Of a stretch of 64,000 bases of DNA, positions 11,432 to 19,379 are shown piece by piece. Numbering within the stretch: the stretch's first letter is position 1; every line of letters starts with the position of its first letter. Source of the DNA: an uncultured Clostridia bacterium (GTDB lineage Bacteria > Bacillota > Clostridia > TANB77 > CAG-508); NCBI GenBank assembly GCA_944386685.1, contig CALXCA010000001.1:78105-142104 (forward strand), in the 5' to 3' direction. Below the pieces are notes generated by a model, which worked only from the letters and a program-made list of their open reading frames with translations, made no database searches and was not told the origin of the DNA. A program made the position numbers and the translations under genes.

Positions 11432-11572
11432 ATGTCAACATTCGACTATTTCCGATTTTTTCTATTCACTTAAGGAAGTACATTTTACCAACTTTTATTA
11501 CATTTTTATTAATTTTTTGTTACAATTTGACAAAATAATATCCCATATTTTCTAAAACAGTTAGGGAATACT
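11432..11572 (-). promoter_or_regulatory. Conserved 141-bp upstream block, copy 2
   Basis: Same length and near-identical sequence to 2640..2780 (atgtcaacattcgactatttccgattttttctattcacttaaggaagtacattttacca...gttagggaatact). Confidence 0.55.
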
Positions 11573-11670
11573 AGTTAAAATGTCATTTAAAATTTACAAT
11601 CTCTTCACAAAAAGTTATAGAATTTAATAATTTTTATGATATATTATTAGTAAAAATTTTAAGGCAAGGC

Positions 11671-11706
11671 AAAAAAAATATGGAATCTATTTATTAGACT
11701 CCATAT
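11671..11706 (-). terminator. Rho-independent terminator of the 1771-aa gene
   Basis: On the minus strand: ATATGGAGTC-taataaata-GATTCCATAT followed by TTTTTTTT. The single non-Watson-Crick position is a G.U wobble only on the minus-strand RNA. Confidence 0.75.
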
Positions 11707-11759
11707 TTTTTATTATTTGTTATTTTATCAACTTTTTTAGTTATTGTATTTTTTCAATG

Positions 11760-14700
11760 TTATAATACAAACCTCTTAATTAATACAATTCCTACTAATA
11801 CAATTGCTAATAATCCTAAACCTAATCCAAAGAAGGTTTTTGCAATACCTGTTGAAACTGCTAATATAACTTGTGCTGTATCTATATCATCTTCTCCTGG
11901 TACTTGATTATCAGGTGTTGAATCTTTATCTGGAACATCATGTTCATTATCATCTTCTGATATTTCTGCTGTATTTGTTTTTAGTGCTAAGTTATTTTCT
12001 CCATTTATCCATGTTAATATAACTTCTACTGTTGCACTTTCTCCTGGTTGTAATAATGTTCCTTCAAGTAGTCTTGTAGAAATAACATTGTTTCCTTCAT
12101 CTGTCCATCCTGGATTGTCTGCTGCTTCAAATCTTAAGCCTTCTGGTACATAATCTGTTATTTCTGTTGCATATCCTGCAATATCTCCTTCATTGGTTAT
12201 TTTTATTCCAAATCCGAATTTTACTACAACATCACTTAGTTTTTTTCTGTGTAATTCAACTTTTACAAGTGGTTCTGGATCTTCTGTTCCATCATATCCT
12301 GTTTCAGATACTTTTTCTTGACCATCTTCTATAACAATTACTTTTGTTACATATTTTAGTAATGCTAAATCAAAATATTCTACTTTAACATTTTCTATGT
12401 CTTGGTCATCTTCTCCTTCATTCCACTCATCTGGAGTTGAATCTTCATCATCTATTTCTTCTCCATCTTCATCTGTATCATCAGATATTTGTGCATGGTT
12501 TGTTATTATATAAGAATTTGAGTTAGGATCTTTTACTTTAAATGCTATTTGTACATCATGATATGATAAGTTATCTATATTTCCATCAAATGCATTTAGT
12601 AAAAATTCTCCATCTTCTGTTTCATTTTCTTTAGATAAATATGTTGTTTTTACTTTAACTGCTTCATCTACATTTTCTGTTTCATTTCCATCAGCATCAT
12701 ACATTTTCCATAAGTATTGGATATTTGTTTCATGTTCTGGTAAAAATTCTAAATATTCTGGAATATCATCTGTTATTTCACTTGCATATCCTGAAGTTTC
12801 TCCTTCATTATATACTCTTATTGTATATGTTACAACATCATCAACATGTAATAAAACAGGTTCTTTTGTATGTTCATATGTTATTTTACCATCTTCGTAT
12901 TTTACTTGTGGTACTCTTGTTGTAACATCAGTTTCCCCAACTTGTGTGATGAATTTTCTTAGTGCTAAATCAAATACTGGTACATATATTTTTTCAAAGT
13001 CGTCATCGTCTTCGTTTCCTGGTACATAATCTTTTCCTATTTCTTCATCTTTATATGTTGGTAAGTCACTGTCTTCTGGTAAATATCCATCTTCTTCCAT
13101 GTTGTCAGATTCTGAATCTATGTCTTCTTCTATTATTGTTTCTCCATATTTGTATTCAGATATTTCTGCTATATTTGTTAATTTATCTCCTTGTTGAACT
13201 TCTTCTGTTACAATACATTCTATTTTTACATCTGTATAGTCTAATTCCCCTGAAGTTTTATCAAATTTTTCTAGTTCTGTATTTGCTGTATAAGTTGTAA
13301 TAACTTTTCTACCATCTTCTGATACTGTCCAGCCGTAGTCTTTATTTATTTGACTGTTTTCATCAAATTGTAAATGTGGTGGTAAATAGTCTGTTATTTC
13401 ACTTGCATATCCATCTATGCTTCCTTCATTATATACTCTTATTGTATATATTACATGGTCTCCAACTTTTACTTTTAAAGGTTCTTTTGTATGGTTATAT
13501 ATTGCTGTTGTTCCTGTTCCATCTACTAATGGTGTTACATCTACATCTGGCTCTCTTGTATATGTTCCGTCATTATCTTTTAGTTCTTTATCATTTACGG
13601 CTGTAATGAATTTTCTTAAGCTTAAATCTAATGTTGGAATATATATTTTTTCAAAGTCGTCATCATCTTCGTTTCCTGGTACATAATCTTTTCCTATTTC
13701 ATTGTCTTTATAATCTGGTAAATCCTTATCATCTGGTAAATAATTATCTTCTTCCATATTGTCTGATTCTGAATCTATGTCTTCTTCTACTATTGTGTCA
13801 TCATATTTGTATTCAGATATTTCTGCTATATTTGTTAATTTATCATTTGGTTTTACTTGTGGTGTTACTATACATTCTATTTTTACATCTGTATAGTCTA
13901 ACTCTCCTGTAGTTTTATCAAATGCTTTTAATTCTGTATTTGCTGTATAATTTGTTACTACTTTTCTTCCATCTTGTGATACTGTCCATCCGTAGTCTTT
14001 ATTTATTTGGCTATTTTCGTCAAATTGTAAATATGGTGGTAAATAGTCTGTTATCTCACTTGCATATGCATCTATACTTCCCTCGTTATATACTCTTATT
14101 GTATATATTACGTGGTCATCTATATCTACTTGTACAGGCTCTTTTGTGTGATTATATATTGCTGTTGTATCTGTTCCATCTATTAATGGTGTTACATCTA
14201 CATCTGGCTCTCTTGTATATGTTCCATCTGCTTCTTTTAGTTCTTTATCATTTACGGCTGTAATGAATTTTCTTAGACTTAAGTCTAAATATTGTAATTT
14301 TACTTTTTCTATGTCTTCATCGTCTTCCCCTAACCATTCATCTGGTGTTGAGTCTATATCATCTATTTCTTCTCCATTTTCATCTGTATCATCAGATATT
14401 TGTGCATAGTTTGTTAATATTCTATCTGATGTTTGAGGTTCTACTACTTTACATAGTACTGGAACATCTATGTAATCTGGGTTTTGCTCACTTATATTTC
14501 CATCTGGATTTAATGCTTGTAATAAAGCTTTTTCTCCTTTTTCTTCTGCCATTCCGTCTTTTTTAAAGTAGTCTGTTGTAATTACTGTTTTTCCTAATGA
14601 GTCTTGATAACTTTCTACATTCCATAAGTAATCTGCATTTATACTACTATCTACTACATATTCTAATCCTTCTGGAATTGAGTCTTTTATTAGGCTTGCA

Positions 14701-17075
14701 TATCCATTTATTTCTCCATGATTATATACTCTTATTGTGTATAATACATAATCTCCAGTTTGTACTAGTACTGGTGTTTTATCATGGTCTTTAAACATTA
14801 CTGTATCTGTAATTTGTTCTCCATTTACTGTTGTTCCAACTTGGTCTCTATGGTAAATTCCAGTTACTATTGGTGCTCTTGTAAACGTTTTTCCATCTGC
14901 TTCTAGTAAATATTCATCATCTTCTATTGTAGGTCCATCATGACTTACTGCTGCTATAAATTTCTTTAAGCCTAGATCAAATATTTTTTTCTCTGGTAAT
15001 AGTTCTAGTTTTTCAAAGTCATCATCATCTTGTTCACCCTCATAATATTTATTACTATCTCCTAATTCGTCTTTTTTGTAATCATCTTTTCCTGTATATC
15101 CTACATCTTCTCCTGATGTATTTAATGAACTATTATTTACATTTGGAGAGTTGTCTGGTTGTGAATCTCTATCATCAATATTAGAGTCGTTAGAGTCTTC
15201 TGCTATCCATGCAACATTTGTTAGTGTTACTGTATTTTCTTTTATTTCGCTTTCATCACCTGTTGAAATAACTGGTGTTTCTTGTGTTACTCTACATTTA
15301 AATGTTATTGTTTCCCAATCTAGTTCTTCTCCAACAACTGTATGTGCTTTTAGGTCATTTACTTCTACAGAATCATCTATTGTGAATAATATTGTTTTTG
15401 GTTTTAATGTTTCTCCTCCAACTACTAAGCTTGATGATGTTGGATTATATGATGATTTGTATGTATTTGTTTTTCCATCTTTTCTTGTTGATGTATATAC
15501 TCCACCATTTTCTTCTATAAATTGTAATCCATCTGGTAATTGGTCTATTATTTTACTTGCATATCCATCAATTAGTCCCTCATTATATACTGTTATAGAA
15601 TATGTTACTATGTCTCCTGTTTTTATTGTTACAGGGTCTTTTCTATGTGCATAATGTGCTGTTGTTGATGTTGTATCTAATGGAGTTACTGTAACTACAG
15701 GTTTTCTTGTATCTATTGTTACTTTTTGTCCATCTCTTGTAATTTCTGCTATATTTTTACGTAATGCTAAATCGAAGTCTGTTGTGTCTGCTGTAAATTC
15801 TACTTCTATTGTTTCTGGTTTTCTATTAATTTCTACCAATGGTTGTTCTCCATCAAGTGTTATTTCTGTATCTGTTTCTGTTCCTTTTAGCCATAATGTT
15901 TTTTGTGTTGTTGTGTTTGTAATACTAACAGAAATGTTTACCTTATTGTTATTGCTTTTATCAAATGTTAAATAAAATTCTTGGTCATTTTTTATTAGTT
16001 CGTTTATGTCTGTTGCAATTTCATTTCCATTTACATCTGTAAATTTGTAGTCAACATTTTGTCCAGAGCCATTTTGTACTACTAGTTCTACATCATAATC
16101 TGTTGCTCCATTGTTTAAGATTTTTATTGGTCCTACTATATAATTTGTATCTTTTGAGATCATTGTAAGTTTATATTTTCCATCTTGTTGTGTTAATCCA
16201 GATGTATCTATACTAACTCCAGATTGTAATGTATAATTATTTGCATCTGTATATAAACTTGCTCCAGCTTTTGCAGAATCTACTAAGTAGTTATATAATT
16301 TAACTATTTGATCGTTTAAACATGTTCCTTTATCTCCAAGGAATCCATTATCTGCATATACTTCATATGTAAGTCCAGAATCTTCTGTTTTTGTCATCCA
16401 ACCTGTATATCTTGTTCCGTCTGGAGTAACTCCTTCTGTGTAATTATTATATATTTCTTCATTTCCTAATAAATAATTTGTAAAATACCATATTACAGCT
16501 TTTTGAACTGCTATTACTTCTGTTTCTGAAAGTGGTGTTGGCTCATTATACATTGCATAGAAATTTGCATCTATACCTGCTTTTGTTAAATAATCTGTAA
16601 TATTCTCTCCTGGTATATAAAAATTATCTAATAACCATAATAATTCTCTATATACTGGTCCACTTGGGTCTAAAAGCTCTTTTATTAAGTCGCTATTTCC
16701 ATTATCCACCAATCTATCTAATAAGCTTTGTCTTTCTTTTTGTAAATCATAATATAAATTATATTCTACAATTCCTTCTGGATTTCTTCCATTATCCCAT
16801 GTTTCTCCATAATCTGCCTTAATACAATATAAGTTTCTTGGATTTGTTACTTTATCTGTAATATTATTGGAATTATATTGGTTTAATTCCCATATATATT
16901 TTCCATTTATTTGGATTGGGTCTCCAATTCCATATCCTATTCCGGAATCATTTGCTTTTCCTAAGTTTACATATATTGTAGCATCATTTTTGGCATAACT
17001 TATTACATATGTTAGTGATACACATAATATTGCTATTATTGCTACAAAAAGCCAGATTTTTCTTTTCATAATCAA
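11760..17075 (-). CDS. Repeat-rich surface adhesin (1771 aa) with a possible N-terminal thioester-type domain
   Basis: Signal peptide MIMKRKIWLFVAIIAILCV. Cys84 (NLYCIKADYG) and Gln191 (TEVIAVQKAVIWYFTN) resemble the thioester-domain Cys/Gln pair. There are about 7 DUF11-like repeats (DL[SA]LRKFI...VIYTIRVYNEG.I.GYASEITDYLP..LQF) separated by acidic DxDSxPD/EDDDDFEK linkers. The C-terminus is VILAVSTGIAKTFFGLGLGLLAIVLVGIVLIKRFVL. Confidence 0.85.
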   Translation of the reverse strand: MIMKRKIWLFVAIIAILCVSLTYVISYAKNDATIYVNLGKANDSGIGYGIGDPIQINGKYIWELNQYNSNNITDKVTNPRNLYCIKADYGETWDNGRNPEGIVEYNLYYDLQKERQSLLDRLVDNGNSDLIKELLDPSGPVYRELLWLLDNFYIPGENITDYLTKAGIDANFYAMYNEPTPLSETEVIAVQKAVIWYFTNYLLGNEEIYNNYTEGVTPDGTRYTGWMTKTEDSGLTYEVYADNGFLGDKGTCLNDQIVKLYNYLVDSAKAGASLYTDANNYTLQSGVSIDTSGLTQQDGKYKLTMISKDTNYIVGPIKILNNGATDYDVELVVQNGSGQNVDYKFTDVNGNEIATDINELIKNDQEFYLTFDKSNNNKVNISVSITNTTTQKTLWLKGTETDTEITLDGEQPLVEINRKPETIEVEFTADTTDFDLALRKNIAEITRDGQKVTIDTRKPVVTVTPLDTTSTTAHYAHRKDPVTIKTGDIVTYSITVYNEGLIDGYASKIIDQLPDGLQFIEENGGVYTSTRKDGKTNTYKSSYNPTSSSLVVGGETLKPKTILFTIDDSVEVNDLKAHTVVGEELDWETITFKCRVTQETPVISTGDESEIKENTVTLTNVAWIAEDSNDSNIDDRDSQPDNSPNVNNSSLNTSGEDVGYTGKDDYKKDELGDSNKYYEGEQDDDDFEKLELLPEKKIFDLGLKKFIAAVSHDGPTIEDDEYLLEADGKTFTRAPIVTGIYHRDQVGTTVNGEQITDTVMFKDHDKTPVLVQTGDYVLYTIRVYNHGEINGYASLIKDSIPEGLEYVVDSSINADYLWNVESYQDSLGKTVITTDYFKKDGMAEEKGEKALLQALNPDGNISEQNPDYIDVPVLCKVVEPQTSDRILTNYAQISDDTDENGEEIDDIDSTPDEWLGEDDEDIEKVKLQYLDLSLRKFITAVNDKELKEADGTYTREPDVDVTPLIDGTDTTAIYNHTKEPVQVDIDDHVIYTIRVYNEGSIDAYASEITDYLPPYLQFDENSQINKDYGWTVSQDGRKVVTNYTANTELKAFDKTTGELDYTDVKIECIVTPQVKPNDKLTNIAEISEYKYDDTIVEEDIDSESDNMEEDNYLPDDKDLPDYKDNEIGKDYVPGNEDDDDFEKIYIPTLDLSLRKFITAVNDKELKDNDGTYTREPDVDVTPLVDGTGTTAIYNHTKEPLKVKVGDHVIYTIRVYNEGSIDGYASEITDYLPPHLQFDENSQINKDYGWTVSEDGRKVITTYTANTELEKFDKTSGELDYTDVKIECIVTEEVQQGDKLTNIAEISEYKYGETIIEEDIDSESDNMEEDGYLPEDSDLPTYKDEEIGKDYVPGNEDDDDFEKIYVPVFDLALRKFITQVGETDVTTRVPQVKYEDGKITYEHTKEPVLLHVDDVVTYTIRVYNEGETSGYASEITDDIPEYLEFLPEHETNIQYLWKMYDADGNETENVDEAVKVKTTYLSKENETEDGEFLLNAFDGNIDNLSYHDVQIAFKVKDPNSNSYIITNHAQISDDTDEDGEEIDDEDSTPDEWNEGEDDQDIENVKVEYFDLALLKYVTKVIVIEDGQEKVSETGYDGTEDPEPLVKVELHRKKLSDVVVKFGFGIKITNEGDIAGYATEITDYVPEGLRFEAADNPGWTDEGNNVISTRLLEGTLLQPGESATVEVILTWINGENNLALKTNTAEISEDDNEHDVPDKDSTPDNQVPGEDDIDTAQVILAVSTGIAKTFFGLGLGLLAIVLVGIVLIKRFVL
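12975..14289 (-). repeat. Two tandem ~657-bp (219-aa) near-identical repeat units inside the 1771-aa gene
   Basis: Units begin LDLSLRKFITAVNDKELK(EA/DN)DGTYTREPDVDVTPL and end NEDDDDFEKIY(I/V)P. The spurious plus-strand ORFs 12962.. and 13631.. are near-identical with a 657-nt offset. Confidence 0.8.
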
Positions 17076-17218
17076 TTCTTCCTTTCTTAATGTCTTAAAC
17101 TATATTTTATTTTAAAATAAAATTTTTATGTTTTTAACTTTATTTAAACTTAGTGTTTCAAAAAAATTATATGTTTTATATATTTTCTATAAAATATAGC
17201 TAGTTTCATACATAATAT

Positions 17219-17248
17219 ATTATACTTTATTTTGTCAATAAAAGTCAA
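17219..17248 (-). promoter_or_regulatory. Candidate sigma-A promoter for the 1771-aa adhesin
   Basis: Minus strand TTGACT (17248..17243), 18-bp spacer, TATAAT (17224..17219). It sits ~145 nt upstream of the ATG at 17075. Confidence 0.4.
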
Positions 17249-17571
17249 TGGAAATTTGAATATTTTAGGACTTTTTGTTAATGAATATAAGTCTTTTATA
17301 ATCTAGTAACGAATTTTTTAGTTTTTTCATAATATATTTAATAAGAACTATTAGAACAAATAAGAAAATCTTTGATTTTCTTTAATTTGTTCTCGCCCGA
17401 TTTGAATTTTCGACTGCAAGGAGAAAATCTCAAAGAGCTAGCGATTGTAGCTTTTTATACAACAGGAAAGTATAACTTTCCTATTGTATAAATAAAAGGC
17501 CAACCGTTTAAATATATTTTTTATATCTATATTTGCTTTACGGACTAACTAAGAAAGGAATGATTTTTATT

Positions 17572-18111
17572 ATGGACAAAAATATGAATAATTTAATTGA
17601 TAATGTAAAAAAGATGATTGATAATGGGAATATCCCACCAGAATTACAGCAAATGATAAATAATTTTCAGAGCCAACCAAATAATGTTTCTCAAGAGTAC
17701 AAAAATTCAGTTCAAAATAGCTCTGCAAATCAAAATTCTAATCCTACAAATAGTAATTTTGATGTCAGTTCTCTTATGAATCAAATTCCGCCTGATATGC
17801 TTAATAATTTAAGTTCTATGTTAAATTCAAGTAATTCTAGCAGTTCAAATACTGCACAGAATTATAATAATAATTCTCAAAATAGTTCTAGTAATAACAA
17901 TAATTTTAACATAGACATAAATACTATAATGAAAATGAAATCTATTATGGAAAAAATGAATAATAATGATGACCCTAGAGCTAATTTATTATATTCTCTA
18001 AAACCATATTTACGTGATAGTAAAAAAGAAAAAGTTGACCAATATGTTAATATGTTAAATATAACAAAAATAGCTGAATTTATGAATAATAATGATGATA
18101 AAAAGAAATAA
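17572..18111 (+). CDS. Hypothetical Asn/Ser-rich low-complexity protein
   Basis: The ORF-track frame starts at 17533. The preferred start is ATG 17572 (MDKNMNN...), about 12 nt after AAAGGAA. No domain recognised. Confidence 0.5.
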   Translation: MDKNMNNLIDNVKKMIDNGNIPPELQQMINNFQSQPNNVSQEYKNSVQNSSANQNSNPTNSNFDVSSLMNQIPPDMLNNLSSMLNSSNSSSSNTAQNYNNNSQNSSSNNNNFNIDINTIMKMKSIMEKMNNNDDPRANLLYSLKPYLRDSKKEKVDQYVNMLNITKIAEFMNNNDDKKK

Positions 18112-18207
18112 ATTTTATATTATGGTTTGAACAAAACAAATAAAGTTATTAGTTTGAAAGAATTTCTTTCATTACTTTGTTTGCTTAGGAAAGGAATGTG
18201 AGTTTAT

Positions 18208-18648
18208 ATGCCAAATTATTATAGGTTTCATTTACCTTTTCAAAATTATAGACCTTATAGAAAAATTGCATATTACCCAAATCAACATCAAAACATAAGA
18301 TCCTTTATGAATAAAGGATCTGCTTTTAACAATTTTCAAAATAGTAATAACATAAATAATATAAACAGTAATATCAACAATAACAATACGTCTAGCAATT
18401 TAGATAATACTAAAAAATCATATTATTGTGAAAATTTAAAATCTAATTCTTTTTCTAATAATGAAAATATAGAAAAAGGTAAATTCTCTAAGAATTTACC
18501 CCCTAATTCTGATTTTGTATTAGATTTATTTGGATTGCATTTATATTTTGATGATGTTTTAATTTTAGGTCTACTATTTTTTTTGTATAAAGAAGATGTT
18601 AAAGATGAAGGATTATTTTTAGCTTTAATTTTGTTGCTCATTAGCTAG
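18208..18648 (+). CDS. Hypothetical Asn-rich protein with a C-terminal hydrophobic segment
   Basis: ORF with AGGAAAGGAA upstream. C-terminal LILGLLFFLYKEDVKDEGLFLALILLLIS. No domain recognised. Confidence 0.4.
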   Translation: MPNYYRFHLPFQNYRPYRKIAYYPNQHQNIRSFMNKGSAFNNFQNSNNINNINSNINNNNTSSNLDNTKKSYYCENLKSNSFSNNENIEKGKFSKNLPPNSDFVLDLFGLHLYFDDVLILGLLFFLYKEDVKDEGLFLALILLLIS

Positions 18649-18737
18649 TTTCTATATATGCTTATTTGATGTAATCATTATAATAATTTTAGATTTACTT
18701 AGTTTTGTATAATATAATTAATTATAATAATTTTACA

Positions 18738-19367
18738 TTACCAAGTTTCTATTTTTATTTTATTACCTTTTACACATATAAATGCTCTATGAACTGATAA
18801 TTCTTCATTTTTATCTATTTCTCTAACAATGTTTGATATTCTTACTTGAACTGCATCTAAGAGTCCAGCAGTAACAATTGCTCCTTTATTTCCTTTTGCT
18901 CCAGCATGTGCTAATCCTCTTAATGCTCCTTGTACTATTATATTATCTCCTGCTACAACCTCTGCTCCTGCATTTACATCACCTATTATCACTATACTTC
19001 CATCAAATTCAAGTCTTTGGCCAGAGCGTAATGAGCCTGTATGAAATAATGTTTCTGAATTTTCTATATTTTCTTTATAACTCCTTATTATGCTGTGTAA
19101 CCCTAAACTTGTAGGTGTGTCAAATGATACTGTTACATTTAAATGTTCTGTAATATTGCTTTTTACTTCTTGTAATTCATCATCAGATAATATTTTTCCT
19201 GTTACCCTAATAGGAGTTTTTTCGTCTTTATATAATTTTGCTAATTCCACCATTTTTTCATCTAATTCATTTATTATTTCTTCTTTTGTTGCATTATCTT
19301 CTATTTTAACCAGAGTTTCTTCTTTTTTTAAATTTATACTAATACAACTCATTAAATTTTCCTCCAT
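18738..19367 (-). CDS. minC: Septum site-determining protein MinC
   Basis: C-terminal beta-helix repeat motif IIGDVNAGAEVVAGDNIIVQGALRGLAHAGAKGN. Positioned after mreBCD-PBP2. Confidence 0.8.
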   Translation of the reverse strand: MEENLMSCISINLKKEETLVKIEDNATKEEIINELDEKMVELAKLYKDEKTPIRVTGKILSDDELQEVKSNITEHLNVTVSFDTPTSLGLHSIIRSYKENIENSETLFHTGSLRSGQRLEFDGSIVIIGDVNAGAEVVAGDNIIVQGALRGLAHAGAKGNKGAIVTAGLLDAVQVRISNIVREIDKNEELSVHRAFICVKGNKIKIETW

Positions 19368-19379
19368 AAATATTATGTC

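Noticed and set aside
2982-16000. About 40 plus-strand ORFs of 60-218 aa from the track (e.g. 5503..6159, 15151..15654, 12962..13300) that lie antisense to the giant adhesin genes.
   Set aside because: They have Leu/Phe/Ile/His/Ser-rich low-complexity translations and no RBS. They sit entirely inside long, domain-bearing minus-strand ORFs. Such antisense open frames are expected by chance in A-rich coding DNA.
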